Shown here one piece after another: positions 61,996-64,000 of a stretch of 64,000 nt of DNA. The notes under the pieces were generated by a model. The model searched no databases. It had not been told where the DNA came from and worked only from the letters and a program-made list of their open reading frames with translations. A program made the position numbers and the translations under genes. Each line of letters starts with the position of its first letter. Position 1 is the stretch's first letter. The stretch is from an uncultured bacterium (GTDB lineage: Bacteria; Verrucomicrobiota; Kiritimatiellia; RFP12; UBA1067): the NCBI GenBank assembly GCA_902764415.1, contig CACWVU010000003.1, positions 3,857 through 67,856 on the forward strand. The letters are read 5' to 3'.

Positions 61996-63135
61996 ATGAA
62001 GCAGAAGGAAATCAGAAAGGTGCTGGTGGTGAACTCCGGTTCGAGTTCGCTCAAGTACCAGCTCTTCGACATGAAGTCCGAGACGCGCCTCGCCAAGGGG
62101 CTCGTCGAGCGCATCGGCTGCGGCGGCCCCAAGGACCACGCCGCGGCCTTGGCGCAGGTCGTCGCCGATCTCGGCGACGCCGCGAAGGGGATCGACGCCA
62201 TCGGCCACCGCATCCTCCACGGTGGTGAGGTGTTCACCGACTCCGCGCTGATGACCAAGGCGAACATGGCGAAGGCGAAGAAGCTCGTGAAGTTCGGCCC
62301 CCTGCACATGCCCGCCAACCTCGGCGGCATCGAGGCGTGCGAGAAGATCTTCAAGGGTGTCCCCAACGTCGGCGTCTTCGACACCGCCTTCCACATCGCG
62401 ACGATGCCCGACTGCGCCGGCATGTACGCGATCGACCCGAAGTACTACAAGAAGATGGGGATCCGCAAGTACGGCTTCCACGGAACCTCGCACAAGTTCA
62501 TCACCCAGGCGGCGGCGAAGTTCCTGAAGAAACCGGTCTCCAAGGTCAACCTCGTCACCTGCCACCTCGGCAACGGATCCTCGCTCGCGGCGATCAAGAA
62601 CGGCGGCGTCGTGGACACCTCGATGGGCCTCACCCCGCTCGCCGGCATGGTGATGGGCACCCGTTGCGGCGATATCGACGCGGCGGCTGTGCTCGCGATC
62701 ATGGAGGCTGAGAAGCGCACCCCCGCCGAGATGGACACCATCCTCAACAAGAAGTCGGGCCTCCTCGCGCTCGCCGGCTCCAGCGACTGCCGCGACATCT
62801 GCGCCAAGGCGGAGAAGGGCGACAAGGCGGCCGAGCTCGCGCTCGAGATGCTCGCCTACCGCGTGGCGCTCTACATCGGCGCCTACAACACCGTCATCGG
62901 CGGTGCCGACGCGATCGTGATGACCGGCGGCATCGGCGAGAACTCCAAGGAGGTGCGCGAGCGGATCATCCGCCGTCTCGGCGCGCTCGGGATCAAGCTC
63001 GACCCCAAGGCCAACCAGGTCCGCGGCGAGGTCAAGGTCATCTCCGCCAAGGGCTCCAAGATCCCGGTGGTGGTCATCCCCACCAACGAGGAGCTCATGA
63101 TCGCCAGGGATACGGTGAAGGTTCTAGGCGCCTAG
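61996..63135 (+). CDS. ackA: acetate kinase
   Basis: MKQKEIRKVLVVNSGSSSLKYQLFD, HRILHGG, FDTAFH, YGFHGTSH, ITCHLGNG-type (VTCHLGNGSS), TSMGLTPLAG..MGTRCGDID and MTGGIGENS. SD aggag lies 4 nt upstream of ATG 61996. Confidence 0.95.
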   Translation: MKQKEIRKVLVVNSGSSSLKYQLFDMKSETRLAKGLVERIGCGGPKDHAAALAQVVADLGDAAKGIDAIGHRILHGGEVFTDSALMTKANMAKAKKLVKFGPLHMPANLGGIEACEKIFKGVPNVGVFDTAFHIATMPDCAGMYAIDPKYYKKMGIRKYGFHGTSHKFITQAAAKFLKKPVSKVNLVTCHLGNGSSLAAIKNGGVVDTSMGLTPLAGMVMGTRCGDIDAAAVLAIMEAEKRTPAEMDTILNKKSGLLALAGSSDCRDICAKAEKGDKAAELALEMLAYRVALYIGAYNTVIGGADAIVMTGGIGENSKEVRERIIRRLGALGIKLDPKANQVRGEVKVISAKGSKIPVVVIPTNEELMIARDTVKVLGA

Positions 63136-63172
63136 AAACCTAGAATCCTAGAAATCTAGAAGTCTATAAAAA
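63123..63172. repeat. phased CTAG octamer array spanning the ackA stop codon
   Basis: ttctaggcg cctagaaa cctagaat cctagaaat ctagaagt ctataaaa. TAG triplets sit at 63125, 63133 (the ackA stop), 63141, 63149 and 63157, exactly 8 nt apart, so all three frames are hit. CTAG is palindromic, so the same holds on the minus strand. Confidence 0.85.
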
Positions 63173-63184
63173 CAGAGATCAGCC

Positions 63185-64000
63185 ATGAACGCAATCAAGG
63201 AAATCATCGAAAAGGCCTCGAAGCTGAACGGCACCGTCGTTCTGCCCGAGGGCATGGACCCCCGTGTCGTCACCGCCGCCTGCGCCTGCGTCGACCGCAA
63301 GATCTGCACCCCGGTCGTCCTGGGCACTGCCGCGGAGATCGCCGCGGCCGAGGAGAAGGCGGGCCTCAAGCTCGTCGACCGCGGCATCAAGACCATCGAC
63401 TACACTTTAGGCGACGCCGAGCTCGAGAACGCCTACCTCGAGGCGTGGAACGCCAAGGAGTCGAAGAAGCCAGCCGAGAAGCAGAAGATCATCGACCTCG
63501 CCGGCGCCCAGAAGACGCTCCGCACCAAGCGCATCTACTTCGGCGGCATGATGGTGAAGCTCGGCCGCGTCGACGGCCTCGTCGCCGGCTCGATTGCCTC
63601 CACCGGCGACATGCTCCGCGCCGCCTTCCACACTCTCGGCACCCAGAAGGGCGTCAAGACCGCGTCAAGCTGCTTCATCCTCGACCTCAAGACGCCGACG
63701 GCCTCCGGCGACGGCGTGCTCGCCTTCGGCGACTGCGCGGTCATCCCCGACCCCACCGCCGAGCAGCTTGTGGACATCGGCCTCGCCACCGCGCAGACCT
63801 ACCGCGACCTCACCGGCAAGGAGCCGAAGGTCGCCTACCTCTCCTTCTCCACCAAGGGCTCCGCGGCGGGCCCGCTGGTCGAGAAGGTGCAGAAGGCGGT
63901 CGAGCTCGCCAAGCCCCGCTTCGCCGAGGCCGGCATCAAGATGGACGGCGAACTCCAGTTCGACGCGGCGGTCGTCCCCGCGACCGGCAGGCAGAAGAAC
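63185..64000 (+). CDS. pta: phosphate acetyltransferase (3' end beyond window)
   Basis: Hand translation from ATG 63185: MNAIKEIIEKASKLNGTVVLPEGMDPRVVTAA...IYFGGMMVKLGRVDGLVAGS...SSCFILD...GVLAFGDCAVIPDPTAEQLVDIG...PKVAYLSFSTKGSA...DGELQFDAAVVP. It is open to nt 64000. It is absent from the ORF track, which I assume is because no stop is reached. Confidence 0.92.
   Translation, partial: MNAIKEIIEKASKLNGTVVLPEGMDPRVVTAACACVDRKICTPVVLGTAAEIAAAEEKAGLKLVDRGIKTIDYTLGDAELENAYLEAWNAKESKKPAEKQKIIDLAGAQKTLRTKRIYFGGMMVKLGRVDGLVAGSIASTGDMLRAAFHTLGTQKGVKTASSCFILDLKTPTASGDGVLAFGDCAVIPDPTAEQLVDIGLATAQTYRDLTGKEPKVAYLSFSTKGSAAGPLVEKVQKAVELAKPRFAEAGIKMDGELQFDAAVVPATGRQKN

Overview
This is a 64-kb high-GC bacterial chromosomal segment. 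Every credible gene lies on the + strand; the long minus-strand ORFs are codon-aligned antisense shadows.

Layout:
- (i) 1-11.8 kb is a glycan-degradation cluster. It holds a 5'-partial GH36 alpha-galactosidase, a 1,860-aa GH130 + GH78 + glutaminase-like triple fusion, an AraC/sugar-binding hybrid regulator and a GH92 alpha-mannosidase. The last three are chained by ATGA stop/start overlaps. A RAYT-like HUH (IS200-type) transposase homologue follows.
- (ii) 11.9-22.5 kb encodes a 3,530-aa secreted protein with DUF2341, LamG, Fn3-like and glycine-rich domains, behind its own sigma70-like promoter.
- (iii) 22.5-23.6 kb holds a four-helix-bundle gene ('23S rRNA IVS protein' family) bracketed by hairpins built from phased 9-mer arrays.
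- (iv) 23.6-29.9 kb holds a two-domain secreted glycosidase, a TAT-signal Gfo/Idh/MocA oxidoreductase and an SGNH hydrolase.
- (v) 30.0-61.9 kb holds a sigma70-like promoter, a small membrane-anchored coiled-coil gene, and one uninterrupted 31,356-nt ORF of 10,451 aa. That protein has a Sec signal, one LamG domain and dozens of thrombospondin-type-3-like Ca-binding repeats. It contains seven ~1,000-aa super-repeats of two alternating architectures.
- (vi) ackA and the 5' part of pta close the window.

The two giant genes fill about 66% of the window.

A second theme is an unusual repeat repertoire:
- a ~300-bp nested-palindrome element in two copies, one of them read through as the C-terminus of a glycosidase;
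- sub-modules of that element inserted in frame inside the GH92 and SGNH genes (Rickettsia-RPE-like behaviour);
- exactly phased 7-, 8- and 9-nt word arrays abutting stop codons.

I recognised no rRNA, tRNA or CRISPR array. All domain calls come from motif recognition by eye; no searches were run. The taxon is unknown. The gene content loosely suggests a glycan-degrading PVC-type bacterium (Kiritimatiellota, Lentisphaerota or Verrucomicrobiota), at low confidence.
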